Shown here one piece after another: positions 40,275 through 51,770 of a stretch of 64,000 bases of DNA. Position 1 is the stretch's first letter; each line of letters opens with the position of its first letter. Made by a program: the position numbers and the translations under genes. The notes beneath the pieces were generated by a model. The model was not told where the DNA came from, did no database searches, and saw only the letters and a program-made list of their open reading frames with translations. This DNA is from Lama glama (lineage: Eukaryota): contig CM052816.1 of assembly GCA_028534125.1 (NCBI GenBank), positions 31,746,001-31,810,000 of the forward strand. The letters are read 5' to 3'.

Positions 40275-42318
40275 CTTTGGGGGATATTATTTATCCTACC
40301 ACATCTTTTCTGAGAAAGTTTACATGAATTAAAACTACTTTGAAGGGTTTGACTAATGGATGCTTATTAGAATCCAATAGTCAATGACTATATGTCCATT
40401 CACTAGGTCAAAGTTGGTTTTCCCTTGATCTTTGACACATGACAGAGGATTAAAAGAACTGATTTCCTTGAATATACAGATGTATCTCATCTTCCATGAG
40501 CAACCCTGGCTCACGGCCCCACCATGAGGTCACATGCAACCGTTTGTCATAGTCCTAATCAAAGAAAACCAATTTCATTCATGAGTAGCACCAACTTTAC
40601 TGAAGACTGAAGAGGGGCGTGGGGAGGGAGAAGTGTGGTAGAAAAGAGAACTTACAACACACAACAAAGCTTCATTTAAAAACATTCTTCCTGAGACCAT
40701 GCTTTCTTTCTCCTGCAGTTCTGCTCCGGTCACTAAACACTTTATCAGCCTTCTCTTTTTTATTCCTCAAAAATTATTGATTGGTACAAGCAACTCAATT
40801 CTTGCACCAAGTTTGCCAATTCCAGTCAGCAAAACAAAATCCTTGCAGTTACCTAAACCTGTCATCCTCTGAAAGTAACGTGAAGAAAAGCTACCAGTCC
40901 TTGAGCACTCCCTTTGATGTCTAACCCCTCCAGTTCCAATAGTGTATCAGCTAATTCACTCCACCAACACAGTTCTTCCTAGAAAGGAATCTGATGCTAA
41001 GTAAAATACAACTTTTAATAACAAAATACTGACAGTTGATAAATCATTGTTTGTACCTCTCTTGATAGTTCTCAATAACTTGCCCACTGGAAAAATTAGA
41101 AAAAAGGAAGAATTCCCCCACTTTATTGGAAGACTCCATACCAATGATAAAATTTCACAAAAATGAATTCTTACTTCTGCTCCTTTCAAAAAACTAACTT
41201 TATTGCTTTTTTGTTACCACACTCTTCAGTAAACATTTCTGCAGTGAATACATTATTTTCTACTCAGGCTTTATGAGAGTTAAGAAAAAGTTTTTAAACG
41301 TTTCAAACATTTTTTTCCCCAGACATTTCCTTTCACAAGCTGGTAGGTTTCCAAGAGTTTTTAAACGTTCTCCAAATATGCCTGGCAGCATTGTGGAAAT
41401 AACAGAATCTTGGAATTATTTTCTGGATCCAATTTTGTATCTAATTTATAAGTATCTGTAAAGATTAATTTTCCCAATCAATAATTCGTTAGCTAGAAAT
41501 ACATAGTGAAAAAGTTTTGTCCTTCTCAGTTGTCCATGAGTCATTTCCTCCAGCTCTGTGACACATACACACCTTTTACAAGAATTAAATGAAATTAACT
41601 GAAATCCCCGTATGTCTTCTATGCACCACAGAGGATTAAAAACGAGTGAGACCATCCGTGCCACCAAGAAGCATGCAGAATAGGGGAGGACAGATAATTC
41701 AGCATCCTATCCAACAGTCACAAAAGCACAAGCACATAAAGCCATTGGTAGCAAGGGATTGTACTGGGAAGCTGTTTTTATCACCTGTTCTGGGATTGAA
41801 ACTGCTCTCCATGTAGATTAGAAGACTTAAGGTAGTCTGAGAATTCAGCCTAGCATTTTTTGGCCAGATTCACCAAAGCATCACTCTCAGAAAAAAACAA
41901 CAGTCAAGGGTGAGACATTTGTTGATTTTAAAATCCATGGGATGGATTGAAAATAGGCCATTGTTCTCAAAAAGAAAAAAAAAAAAGACAAGAAGAGGAG
42001 CAGGGAGTAGAGAAAGAAAAAAAGAGGGAAAGGAGGAAGAAGAGCAGAGAGGTAGAAAAGGATCACAACTCGAAAAGAGACTGGGCTACAGGACATACCA
42101 CACTTAGAAGCCCCAAATCTGCACTAAAAACAACCAGGTTGGGCTGGAATTCCTCACTAGAGGCTGCTCAGGAGCATAAGAGCAAAAGCCACCAGCTCCG
42201 GAAGGAAATAAACTTGCTGATGCGCGATGGAGGCAGCTGGAGATGTGGGGGAGGGGAACCAACACCCGCCCCAAGGGAACCACGTGGCAGAAGACAGCCA
42301 GTATGTCTGCGTTTTCTT

Positions 42319-42447
42319 GTTGTTGTTGTTGTTTGGGGGGGTTAATTAGGTTTGTTTATTTGTTTTAATGGAGGTGCTGGGGATTAAACCTAGGACATCG
42401 TGTATGCTAAGCACACCCTCTACCACTGAGCTATACCCTCCCCAACC
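42319..42447 (-). mobile_element. tRNA-derived camelid-type SINE
   Basis: Reverse strand GGGGAGGGTATAGCTCAGTGGTAGAG...GGTTTAATCCCCAGCACCTCC...AAACCTAATT with a (CAA)n tail; TSD CTGCGTTTTCTT (42307-42318) / CTGCATTTTCTT (42448-42459), followed by AA (L1 endonuclease-type site). Confidence 0.9.
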
Positions 42448-42937
42448 CTGCATTTTCTTAAATACCCTAACCGATTCCTCTGTTTTGGTCTTTTCGGAAG
42501 AAATCAGGAAACTGAATTACATCTATCTCACCTAGTTGTTGTGAGACTTCAGCGTAGAATTCTGATATGGTTTACACTTTCCAATGAATTGTGTTGGGAG
42601 ATACAAATAAAACAACTCAACAAGCTGATAAAATAACCAGCCGAAATGCAGGCTACTTTGTAGAATTTCAGCGGTGGCTGAGTTTTTCTTAACCTCCATG
42701 AAGTGTGCTAAGAGTCTGGTGCTGACAAGGGAAAGCTTTTCAAATTGTGATCCCCTGTCCTCGGGCTTCTGGATGTCACATATGGTACAAGCCTGAAGAC
42801 AAAAAGAATGAGGTCAGCAACCTCTGGAAAGGTGGGGATGGGGGTTGGGGGGGTCATAAACAGAAAATCTGTGAAGACCTCTGACAATCTCTAAAAACGA
42901 AAACGCCTTTGCTTCTGAACCAGGACAGGGCATTCTT

Positions 42938-43352
42938 TTTTTTTTTTTTAATGAAAAACTGCTTTATTTCATGTTACTTTTTTTGGTACTGTTTGATTTA
43001 AGTATGTGCATGTATTACTTTGATAAATTTTAAAATTTTTAATTTTTAGAATATATCTACAAACAAAATCTCAGTGGTGCTACTACCTAGCTGTGTGTAT
43101 CAGCATATTTACCTCTCTGAGCCTCTTTTCTTCATGCATAAAATGGAGATAACAGTACCTATGTTATCTAATATATGTCTTGTTTTATGTCTTTAAAAAA
43201 TTATTTAAGTGTAGTTGATTTACAATGTTGTGTTAGTTTCAGGTGTACAGCACAGTTATCAGTTATATGTATATACATATTCTTTTTCAGATTCTTTTCC
43301 ATTACAGGTTACTACAAGATACTAGGTACAGTTCCCTATGCTATACAGTAAA
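42938..43352 (-). mobile_element. 5'-truncated L1 (about 43196-43352) with a 3'-transduced segment (about 42950-43195) and poly(A)
   Basis: TSD AGGACAGGGCATTCTT (42922-42937) / AGGACAGGGCACTCTT (43353-43368); T14 at 42936-42949; TTTATT at 42963-42968; L1 3' UTR similar to the copy at 55560-55705. Confidence 0.85.
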
Positions 43353-43519
43353 AGGACAGGGCACTCTTCTCTGCTGACAGCTTTCAGGAGCCGAAGATTA
43401 TGAAAATATGATTTCTGTTCTTCCAGAGAAAAATCCGATGCCTCATGTCAGAGAGGCCCATCCAGGAGGAGAAGGGTGCCCTCTCAGCTCTGCTATTTGC
43501 TGGCCTGCAGGGAAGGGGA

Positions 43520-43705
43520 TTGGCGACGACAAAAGGTATTTTCCCTCCTGCGGCAGGGAGCAGCCCATCTGTTATCCTGCCCGGCGCAGCGCCTGCCGGG
43601 GAAATCCTTCACGAACTGGAAGCCTTCTGCCAGGGTTCCCTGGAAACGCTCCCCAGACGAGCCTGCCCACGCTCCGGAGCCCACGCTCCGGAGCACACGC
43701 TTCTT
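43520..43705. promoter_or_regulatory. Small CpG-rich patch, candidate enhancer or weak promoter
   Basis: About 15 CpGs in about 180 bp in an otherwise CpG-depleted window; not recognisable as a repeat. Confidence 0.4.
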
Positions 43706-45699
43706 CCCAATCTGCCTCTCTGTATTTTTCCTTCTTATTGCTCCAGAGGGCAAGCCAGAGAACAGCACCTGGGATTTAACACGAGCAGGAGGGTCTGCCT
43801 TCAAAGCTGTCAGGAATTTTTATTATTTTAGCCAGAGAGCAGTACTAACTGCCTCCATTCAGACACACACATAGCCAAGGATGGCATCTTGGGGACAGGC
43901 TGATGGCAGATGGAAGCTAGCCAGAGCTGTCTGTCTCCAGGCTTAGGGAGAGACCCTCCAAAGATCACTGAGAAATGTGAACTGAATAGAAACAGGGACC
44001 CTGAGGCTGATGACGAGGTGGTTGCCACAGCCACGTGTCCCACTGAGGGCCAGGTTTCACTGAATCGGAGCCAAAATGACACTGGGGGAAGGAGGGCTTC
44101 CTCCCCCTTAGGCTCCAGGAGGGACAAGGAGAGGGCGCCAGCTCTGAGAGATCCCACAGATTGAATGTGAGTCCTCAGAGGGTGAGAAATGGGGCACTGT
44201 CCTTGGGTCTGGCCACCCAAGACACATTCAGCCTTCACCTGGAGGCAGGCACATGCCTCTAGCCTGTTAAGGGAATGCTTCCATGCAAGATGCCTATTAA
44301 GTTCTCTACTTCTATGCCTGGGGAATACAGAAACCTCTCCACCCACTTGGAAAGCTCTTCTCTTCAAGAGTTAATTCATGTTTTCTCTGACCTGCTTTGT
44401 GCTCTGGGGAACATTGGAGAGCTTTCTGAAATGGATTAACTAAGCCTCCACAGATCAGACTTTCAATCTGTTGCAATCAGCTCTGTCTCCTCAGCCAAAG
44501 CTGTTATCTGATGCTTCTCTGCAACCCAGCCAGTGCACCTGGTAACCTTGCGGGACACCAGGCACGTAAGCCAGGAAGACGCTGGCAGGCCCTCTCCTGA
44601 CCTTTAGAAGTCATTGGCTTGTGTCCTGAGTCATGATGTTGAACGATGCTTTTTTCTTCTTCACCTCGCAGCAAATGCTGTTAATGATCCAGGGAGGGGA
44701 GAGCCCTGAGCTACGTTCTTTTCAACCAGGAAACAAGAATAGGGCAGCAGCACCACCGTTCTCAAAGTGGCAGAACTGCAGGACAGAAAGTGAAAGAAAT
44801 CCTGGGTGGAAGACAGTCCTTTATTTATTACCTAAATGAAGCTCCTTCCCACTTCCATCCGACCTAGAGAAAGAAGTCATGTGGCTCACTCTGTAACTAT
44901 TACACGAAGCAAGAGGAGAGTTTTACTCATTATCTGTTGAAGCTAATCAGTGCAAGTAACCAATGAGGATTTTTCAGTAATAAAACTGCAAGATTGTCAG
45001 CCTTCTGGTTTTCAGCATTTGGATTATCTACATAGATCAGAATAGGTGTATCATGGACAGGTCCTCATTTAATTCTGTGTAGTTACTGCCTTTTGTGCTA
45101 CTGAAGTACTCGAAGAACAGTATTCATTCTTGTACAAGAATTAGAATCCCAGTTCCATCACTGCAGGCAAAATATATTTTTGTATGGGTAGCCAAGCCCG
45201 TCCCCAGTCCATAGTGCTCTTTGGTATCTGGCATATTACCTTTTCAAAAATGAAAAAAAGTCTTTCTTAGACTTCTTAGGCTTAGAAGTCTTAAGAACAG
45301 TGTTTCTGTCACAGGGTAGACCAGACTGAGAAAGTTTCACCAAACTGACAGACCCATAAACCCTCGAGTCAGAAGTCCGTCTCCCAGTCTGTGGAGAAGC
45401 ATCACTGATGACTGCAGGAAATAAGAACAACAAAGAGCCAGCACGATGTCTGGGAGAAATGTTCCTTCTTCAATATATATAACAAGTAGGAGGACAAACC
45501 AGTAAGAAATCTGCAAGAGATTAAAAAGTTTCCCAGTGTAAAGAAAGACACCTAACACGGTACCATGGAGAGGATATTGCTTATTCTCCCTTATTCTGGC
45601 ATGAAAAGAAATAGTATTTTCCAAATTTGGAAAGCTTCTTTCAAATTCTCATCATTTGCATTCTCCATGTGTTCCAAGTGAGGAACGTGGACAATCACA

Positions 45700-45830
45700 G
45701 ACATGAACACAAGAAGGGATTTGCAGATCGCCTAACCCAACGTGCTCACTCTACAGGTAAGGAAGAAAGGTCCAGAGAAGTGGGGAGACACACAAGCCAC
45801 CAGAGCAGCCCAAGTCTAGAACCCAGTGCT
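45700..45830 (-). mobile_element. MIR SINE fragment
   Basis: CTCTACAGGTAAGGAAGAAAGGTCCAGAGAAG...CAAGTCTAGAACCCAG. Confidence 0.55.
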
Positions 45831-46267
45831 TCTCTCACTTCCATTTCAGGTTTGCTCTGAAAACTGTCTCACCTCCTTCTGCCAGGCCTGCTTTGCCTCC
45901 CTCATCAGTCTGAAGGAACAGCAGAGGCAGCTGTCTTCCTCTGTCCAGCTCAAGTGTTTATTCTCCAGGGCCCACCTCATGTGTTCCCTGCCTGTTCCAG
46001 TTGACTGTGGTGTTTCTCTTCCCTAAGAACAGTAACGACTTCTCACTCTCACCTCTAGCTCTGATTCTGTACTTTCCAGCAATCTCTCTGGTACTGTGAT
46101 CAGCTAATACCCACATCATGGTTACCTAATGGAAGATTTGTCCTTTCCATTTTCACTGCTGCTTTATTCCTGTCTTCCTCGCTAGAGTGTGAGCTCCCTG
46201 AGAATAGAAAATATTTTAATCTTTATGTCCATCCTCTTTTTTTTCAAGTTGTTCTCCTGGGCTCTTT

Positions 46268-46365
46268 AAAAAAAATTTTTTTTAATTTAAGGGAGGTATT
46301 AGGGATTGAACCCAGGACCTCATGCATGCTATGCATGGGCTCTACCACTGAGCTACTTCCCCCGC
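46268..46365 (-). mobile_element. tRNA-derived SINE, shorter form, inserted in an L2 3' fragment
   Basis: GGGATTGAACCCAGGACCTCATGCATGCT...CTCTACCACTGAGCTAC (B and A boxes in reverse); flanked by L2 motifs CTAGAGTGTGAGCTCCCTGAG and CTTGTTGAA. Confidence 0.85.
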
Positions 46366-47134
46366 CTCCACATCCTAATAACTAACACTAACAGAGCCCA
46401 TGCCCAATCAACAATCCTTGTTGAAGAGTATTGTCATTTAAAGCTGGCCTGTTTAGCTATTTCACTTTTCATAGATACATACATTATTATCTCTCCTAAC
46501 TCCCCAGCAGGTTTCCAGTTCCTTGAACTCAAGACTATTTGTGTTCCTTATATTTCACAATGATTGGGTTTTATGAAGAGGAGATGGAATGAAAAGTCAG
46601 AGGGAGTTGTCAGATGCATATTTTGTACCTTGGATTCTTTTGCAGGAGTCTGAGTGTCCCCACAGGTTCGGTCTGAATTCTGCCACATTTGACTCCTCAG
46701 GGCTCAATAATAGGAAAGTACTTCTCAATTACACTGCTGTGGTGTGTGGATGGATTTTGTCCACCAGGTGGCTCTGGAAAGGAACATGGCAGCTGCAGAC
46801 CTGATGAGTCAGCTCGGGTTCTGGCTATCCCAGAGCCACCAGGCTTTCTGTTAGGTGGGGCAGAACTCTACTCCTTAGCCCTGTGATGGGGAAAAGGCAA
46901 TCACTAAAGAAGTGAAGGAGAATGGAAGACGGGTATGGGTCATTCCTCATTCCCTTATTTCAACTATTGTGATTTTTTTAGCAAAATCAAAGGCAATTTC
47001 CTGCAGGAGGAAGGTTGGAGGATGGAGCTATTTAGTAATATTTCCACAGTAATTTATCTTTAGATTTAGTCGTAATATATTGTCCTAGAGAATCATTGTT
47101 TTGGTTCAAAAGACTCATAAAAGGGACAGTACAT

Positions 47135-47395
47135 ACATCTGCTTCATTTATTGAGTCTTCTCTGTAATAGGCACTTAGCTGAGTACTTTACATATTTTAT
47201 CTTATTTTATACATCCAACACTGTATGAGTTGGGCATTATCTTAAAAAAAAAGTAGGAGGTATCATGTTCAATAACTTCAGTCTATACTACAAAGCTACA
47301 GTAATCCAAAAAGTGTGAGTTAGCATTATTTCATCTGTTGTACACTGGAGGAAACTGAGGCACAACCTGAGGTTGGTAAATGATAGAGAAGTCCT
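47135..47395 (-). mobile_element. MIR SINE interrupted by a roughly 70-bp L1 ORF2 fragment (47244-47318, + strand)
   Basis: CATTTATTGAGTC...TACTTTACATATTTTATCTTATTT...GAGGAAACTGAGGCAC; the insert translates KKKVGGIMFNNFSLYYKATVIQKV, similar to L1 ORF2 [20 protein letters not shown]. Confidence 0.75.
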
Positions 47396-47409
47396 TAATT
47401 GCCTCACAT

Positions 47410-47560
47410 GCTAGGCTGACAGCTCCACGAGAGCAAAGACCACATCTCCATTATTTCCAGCTATAAAAACTCCCCGCACCAGATTCACACAGAGCATAGT
47501 TTTTGGTACACAGTAGATGTTCAATTAATAATTGTTGAAGAATGAAATAAAGGAATGAGA
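47410..47560 (+). mobile_element. L2 LINE 3' end
   Basis: CTAGGCTGACAGCTCCACGAGAGCAAAGACC...TGGTACACAGTAGATGTTCAATTAATAATTGTTGAAGAATGAA. Confidence 0.7.
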
Positions 47561-50500
47561 GGAAAAAAGAGTTGTCTCAAGAGTAGAAAAACTAAGACTT
47601 CCTAATTAAATCAATCTTTGGTTAGCCAACTTTTGTGTATGTGTGTACTTTGAGAAAACTTTCTCAGCTTCCATATTTCTAACACTTTTCAATAAATACA
47701 TAAAGAAAGAGTTGACTTGGTTTTTTTCTAACCATAGTAGGACATGAATAAATATCAAAAATTGGCCAAAATTCCAAATCCCTCCCTACTAGGGAGAAAG
47801 GAACCTCTGGACCCTGTAGCTCGAGTGCATAGAAATCGGGTTTTCTTATGAAAATACTAGAGTGACAGCACCAGAATAAATCTCCCTGTCATCTCGCTCA
47901 CCTCCTAGCTTCAAATAAAGACACACCTAAATCCCAGCCAGTACAAAATCTTGATTCTAAGGAAGAACAAGAAGAAGGCCAGCAAAGATAAACCTCTTAT
48001 TCCAATTTTGTGTCGAAGCTGGAAGAGACTCTCAGGGATCAACATTCATTCATTTATTCATCAGATACTGGGAGCTCTGAATACTTTTCCTCGTGGATAT
48101 AAAAGGTAGGTGGCTTTTTTTTTAAAGAGCTGAAAATTTCAGTTGTGAAGTGAGAAAGATCTGTTATAAAGAGGTCCTATGTTCTTTAAATCTTCAAAAA
48201 TTCAGTAGCTATTTTAATAGTATTTGCAATTGATATTCTTGCTGAAGTCAGGGTCTCTCGTTAATGAACCTTAAGGATTGCTCACTCTAGTTTCATAGAG
48301 CGGAAATGCTGTGAGCTGTGGAAACACTCTGCTCTGGGTCTGGTGAGTTCAATTTGCCTCTAAATGTTCCCTTAAGAAACCACATTACTCCTCTGTAACT
48401 ACCTGGGATTTTACTACTACTTTCACTGAAATCACTCAGAGAATGAGCTACAACTCTGTTGGAAAGGATTGATAAACAGGTAAAAATTCCCCATACTAAG
48501 AAATGGATGTCATCTAAAGAATTTTATTTTCATGACAATAAACCATCTTAATGAATGCTTCACTCTAAACTTCCCTCTGCCAACACAGATCTCTCACATG
48601 TATTTCTGGGAGACAGGAGGGAGCTTTCTCCCAAGGCTCCTATTAATAATCCCATAAATACTACTCTGGCTTTTAGTCAAGACCACAGTGGTCACCTAAT
48701 TATGCAAAACCTGGGGTTTCTTCACGGCACTTCTACCCCTTCCCACAGGACCACCAACGCACAGAGGTACGTGGTTATATATGTACCAGGTATTTCTTTC
48801 TCTGCTTTAACCAATCTCTCTCCAATTATCAAAGACACAGATAGATACTCATGGGGCTGGGGAGGAAACAGAGCTAATGGACAGACTGTAAGAAGTATTC
48901 AAATCCACCTTGGGATGAACTCCCTCCAGGAGTAACCTCAGTCCTTCATGCAAATGTCCTTCTGGCAGGCCACCCTACCTGCTCCCCAGACAGGCTCACA
49001 TCCAGCTAGCAGTGGCCATTCTTTTTTGTCTAAAGTTGGGGCTCCAGTGCTCCAAGTTTTCATCAGAACTCATGGCAGGATAAATAGAATTTCAAGCCAA
49101 CCGCTTCTCTAACCACGAAGGAAAATCCGATATCCAAGTTTTAGAAACTTCAATCCATGTGCCAATAAAAAAATGTCAACCTTTGCCAATTTACAGAGAA
49201 AAAATAAAATGATTATGGATGAACATAAAACATCAAATTGATGCAGTCAAACGAGGTTGTGTTTGACAGATGGACACCAGCTTCAATAAAACTCCCTTGA
49301 ATATGCAATTGGATTTAATATTGAGTGATAAATATAACTACTTATGTCTCAAAGATGTAAGCAAATGTCAAATAATATTAATTGAATGAAAGAAAAAAAC
49401 ACCACTGAGGAAAGAACATATTCTTTGTTCAATGTGCCCTCTATAGAGAATAATAAATAATATCAGGAAATCAGGAATAAGAATATATTTGAGAGTCCCT
49501 GGTAGACTGTATATGCCATTCAAACAAAATATATGATTATGCAAATGCAAAATCTACGTTACAATACTTCGAAAATTAATCATTTCTTTCTACACTCAGA
49601 TTTAATATAGTAAAAAGGAAGTACCTAAAGAATGCGGCTACCTAACAAGAAATGTTAGTGATCCAGGGCTGTTTTCAACTCTCTCTGCCTAATCTCTTCT
49701 TTCAGCACTTAGGTTACAAAAAGAAGGAAACTTGGGTTTACTTTTCATAATGCTCAAACATTGCACATCCTCACAGAAGATCACTTCTCTTCTTTTTCTT
49801 TTTCTAATCTAGCTTCTTCCCTCCATACATTTTTTACAGGAAAAAATAAAGGTAAAACAAACTAGAATCCTCAAAAACCTGCCAAAGTTAGTTTTGCTGT
49901 TCATTCTCACTGCTTTTACAAATTTGTTTCTTTTTTCTTTTCTGTCAATTTTCTTTCTTTCTTTTTTTGATGTTACTTTAATTCCTCAATAACAACGCAC
50001 CTTTAAGCCCCAGTCTCCTGAGGCTCTGAGAATACGTTCAGAGTCCCCCAGAGTTAGATCCAGTTCACCCTGGGACACCTGGATTTTCTGCCAGTCACTA
50101 ATTATAATAATCATTATTACCTTCCAAAAATATAGGCCTCTTTTCACATAAATCATATTAAAGGACAGAAGCAGAACAGTTTTTAAAGTAATTGGTTTTC
50201 CAATTAAAACTACCGTCTCCTATGCTAAAAAGTCACAATGTTGAAAATCATTTTGTCAAAATAGGCCTGGGCTCTAGATAAAATCTGTGTTTTTAGCACT
50301 GACAAATATTAACTGAAATATCATTAGAAACATCACTGAGTCAATGAACTGGGTATTTGAAAGCTATCCTTATGATGGGTATTTAAACTGAACAGCCATC
50401 TTCAATATCACACTAATTTTGGGAATCATTTTCCTAGCTGACAAGATGAAATTATAATAGAATCACAGCATTGAAAGTAAATTTAGTGATTTAATAATTA

Positions 50501-50593
50501 ACACCTGATCTTATTTCATATTTTGTTTATTCAAAATTAAATTTACTTTTATGTCATTTAATTTTAAATAGATACTGGATTCACATGATTTTA

Positions 50594-50738
50594 TTATTAT
50601 ACTATTTTTTAAACTTTTTTTGTGCGGAGGGAGGTAATTAGCGGTTTATTTGTTTTTTAAATAGATGTGCTGGGGATTGAACCAGGGCCTCCTGCCTGCT
50701 AGGCATACACTCTAGCACTGAGCTACACCCTCCCCACT
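50594..50738 (-). mobile_element. tRNA-derived camelid-type SINE
   Basis: GGAGGTAATTAG...CTGGGGATTGAACCAGGG...GCACTGAGCTACACCCTCCCC; perfect TSD ACATGATTTTA (50583-50593 / 50739-50749). Confidence 0.9.
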
Positions 50739-50859
50739 ACATGATTTTACTGTACAGAAATATTCAATAAAGAGTCTTACCTTCCTTCATCATCTGTCCA
50801 GTTTCCTTATACACATATACTTGCCCGGACAGGTAATGTTTTCTTATTCTATCAAACAC

Positions 50860-51362
50860 TGTTTCCCCTAAAATCACCAACACAACTTGTTGATAAGACC
50901 AAGCTGAGTATATTGCTTACTGCAGGAAGGAAGGACACCACATGGCAAAACTTTGTAGTGTAAGGTCAAAATTTACTGAGAATTATAAGCTTGGTTTAAG
51001 ATTTGTCTTTCAATGCAGGGATTTGACTGAAACTGGTTAAGAATCACCACGCAACAGTCCAGAATTAATGGAACCATGAAGGTGAGGATTTTAAAACCTA
51101 AGATTTCAAAGAAACTAAAGGCACAAATTGTTGATGTTTTCCAATGAAGAGTTGATAGATCCTTGAATAGGTTCCTATAATGAACAATCAAGACATTTGC
51201 TTGGGCCTAATTGTCCCAGAAGAGGAAAGAAATGGTATTGGAGATAGAGGGAAAGCAAAGTCACATTAGTGCAGACATAAAATACGGTTTCCACTGCAGT
51301 GTCCAGGCTAAATGAAGGAATAGATAGGCTTGGTCCCAATTAGTTTCTTCTGTCTCCTTACA
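50860..51362. mobile_element. Probable old LTR inserted into an L1ME fragment
   Basis: About 500-bp block bounded by TG...CA that interrupts antisense L1ME-like sequence; family not recognised and no TSD seen. Confidence 0.35.
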
Positions 51363-51364
51363 AA

Positions 51365-51770
51365 GTTTCTCTGTACAAATAAGATCAAGTACTAGTACAT
51401 ATTCTTGTTCCTCTTCTCTTCTTTTAAACAAAAAATTGCATATTACACACATTCCTCTGAACCTTGCTTTTCTGATTTAACAATGTATCTTGGACAGCTT
51501 TTTATGTCAATAATGGAGAGTACAGCTGTATAACATTCAATAGTACATAAGATGTACCAAAATTTATTTAATCAATCCTCTGTTGGGTTGTCCCCAAACT
51601 TCTAATAATACAAAGCAGTAATGAAAACCTTTTTACATATGTCATTTCACAATCTGAAGGATTAATTTTCTGAAATGGGATTGATCTAAAAGTATGTGAC
51701 TCTGTAATTTTGACAGATATTTCAAATTGACCTCCAGACGGCTTGTGCCAGTTCACTCTTCTGCCAGCTC
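51365..51770 (-). mobile_element. Old L1ME 3' fragment followed by a MIR (about 51770-51890)
   Basis: CTTGCTTTTCTGATTTAACAATGTATCTTGGACAGC, ATGTACCAAAATTTATTTAATCAATCC, TTTTGACAGATATTTCAAATTG; then CCCATTTTACAGACCAAGAAGACTGAAGCTCAGA. Confidence 0.75.

Larger units (their letters stand above)
38948..40303 (-). mobile_element. MLT1 (B/C/D-like) MaLR LTR, interrupted near its end by an L1 insertion
   Basis: GCTTAAAATAACAGAAATTTATTCTCTCACAGTTCTGGGGGCCAGAAGTCTGAAATCA...CCTTAACTTAATCACATCTGCAAG...TCTTTGGGGGATATTATTT, resuming after the L1 as ...ATCCTACCACA (40303). Confidence 0.9.

Noticed and set aside
43408..44367. Stack of overlapping 100-180 aa ORFs on both strands
   Set aside because: Explained by locally high GC and few stop codons; no recognisable domain or splice structure.
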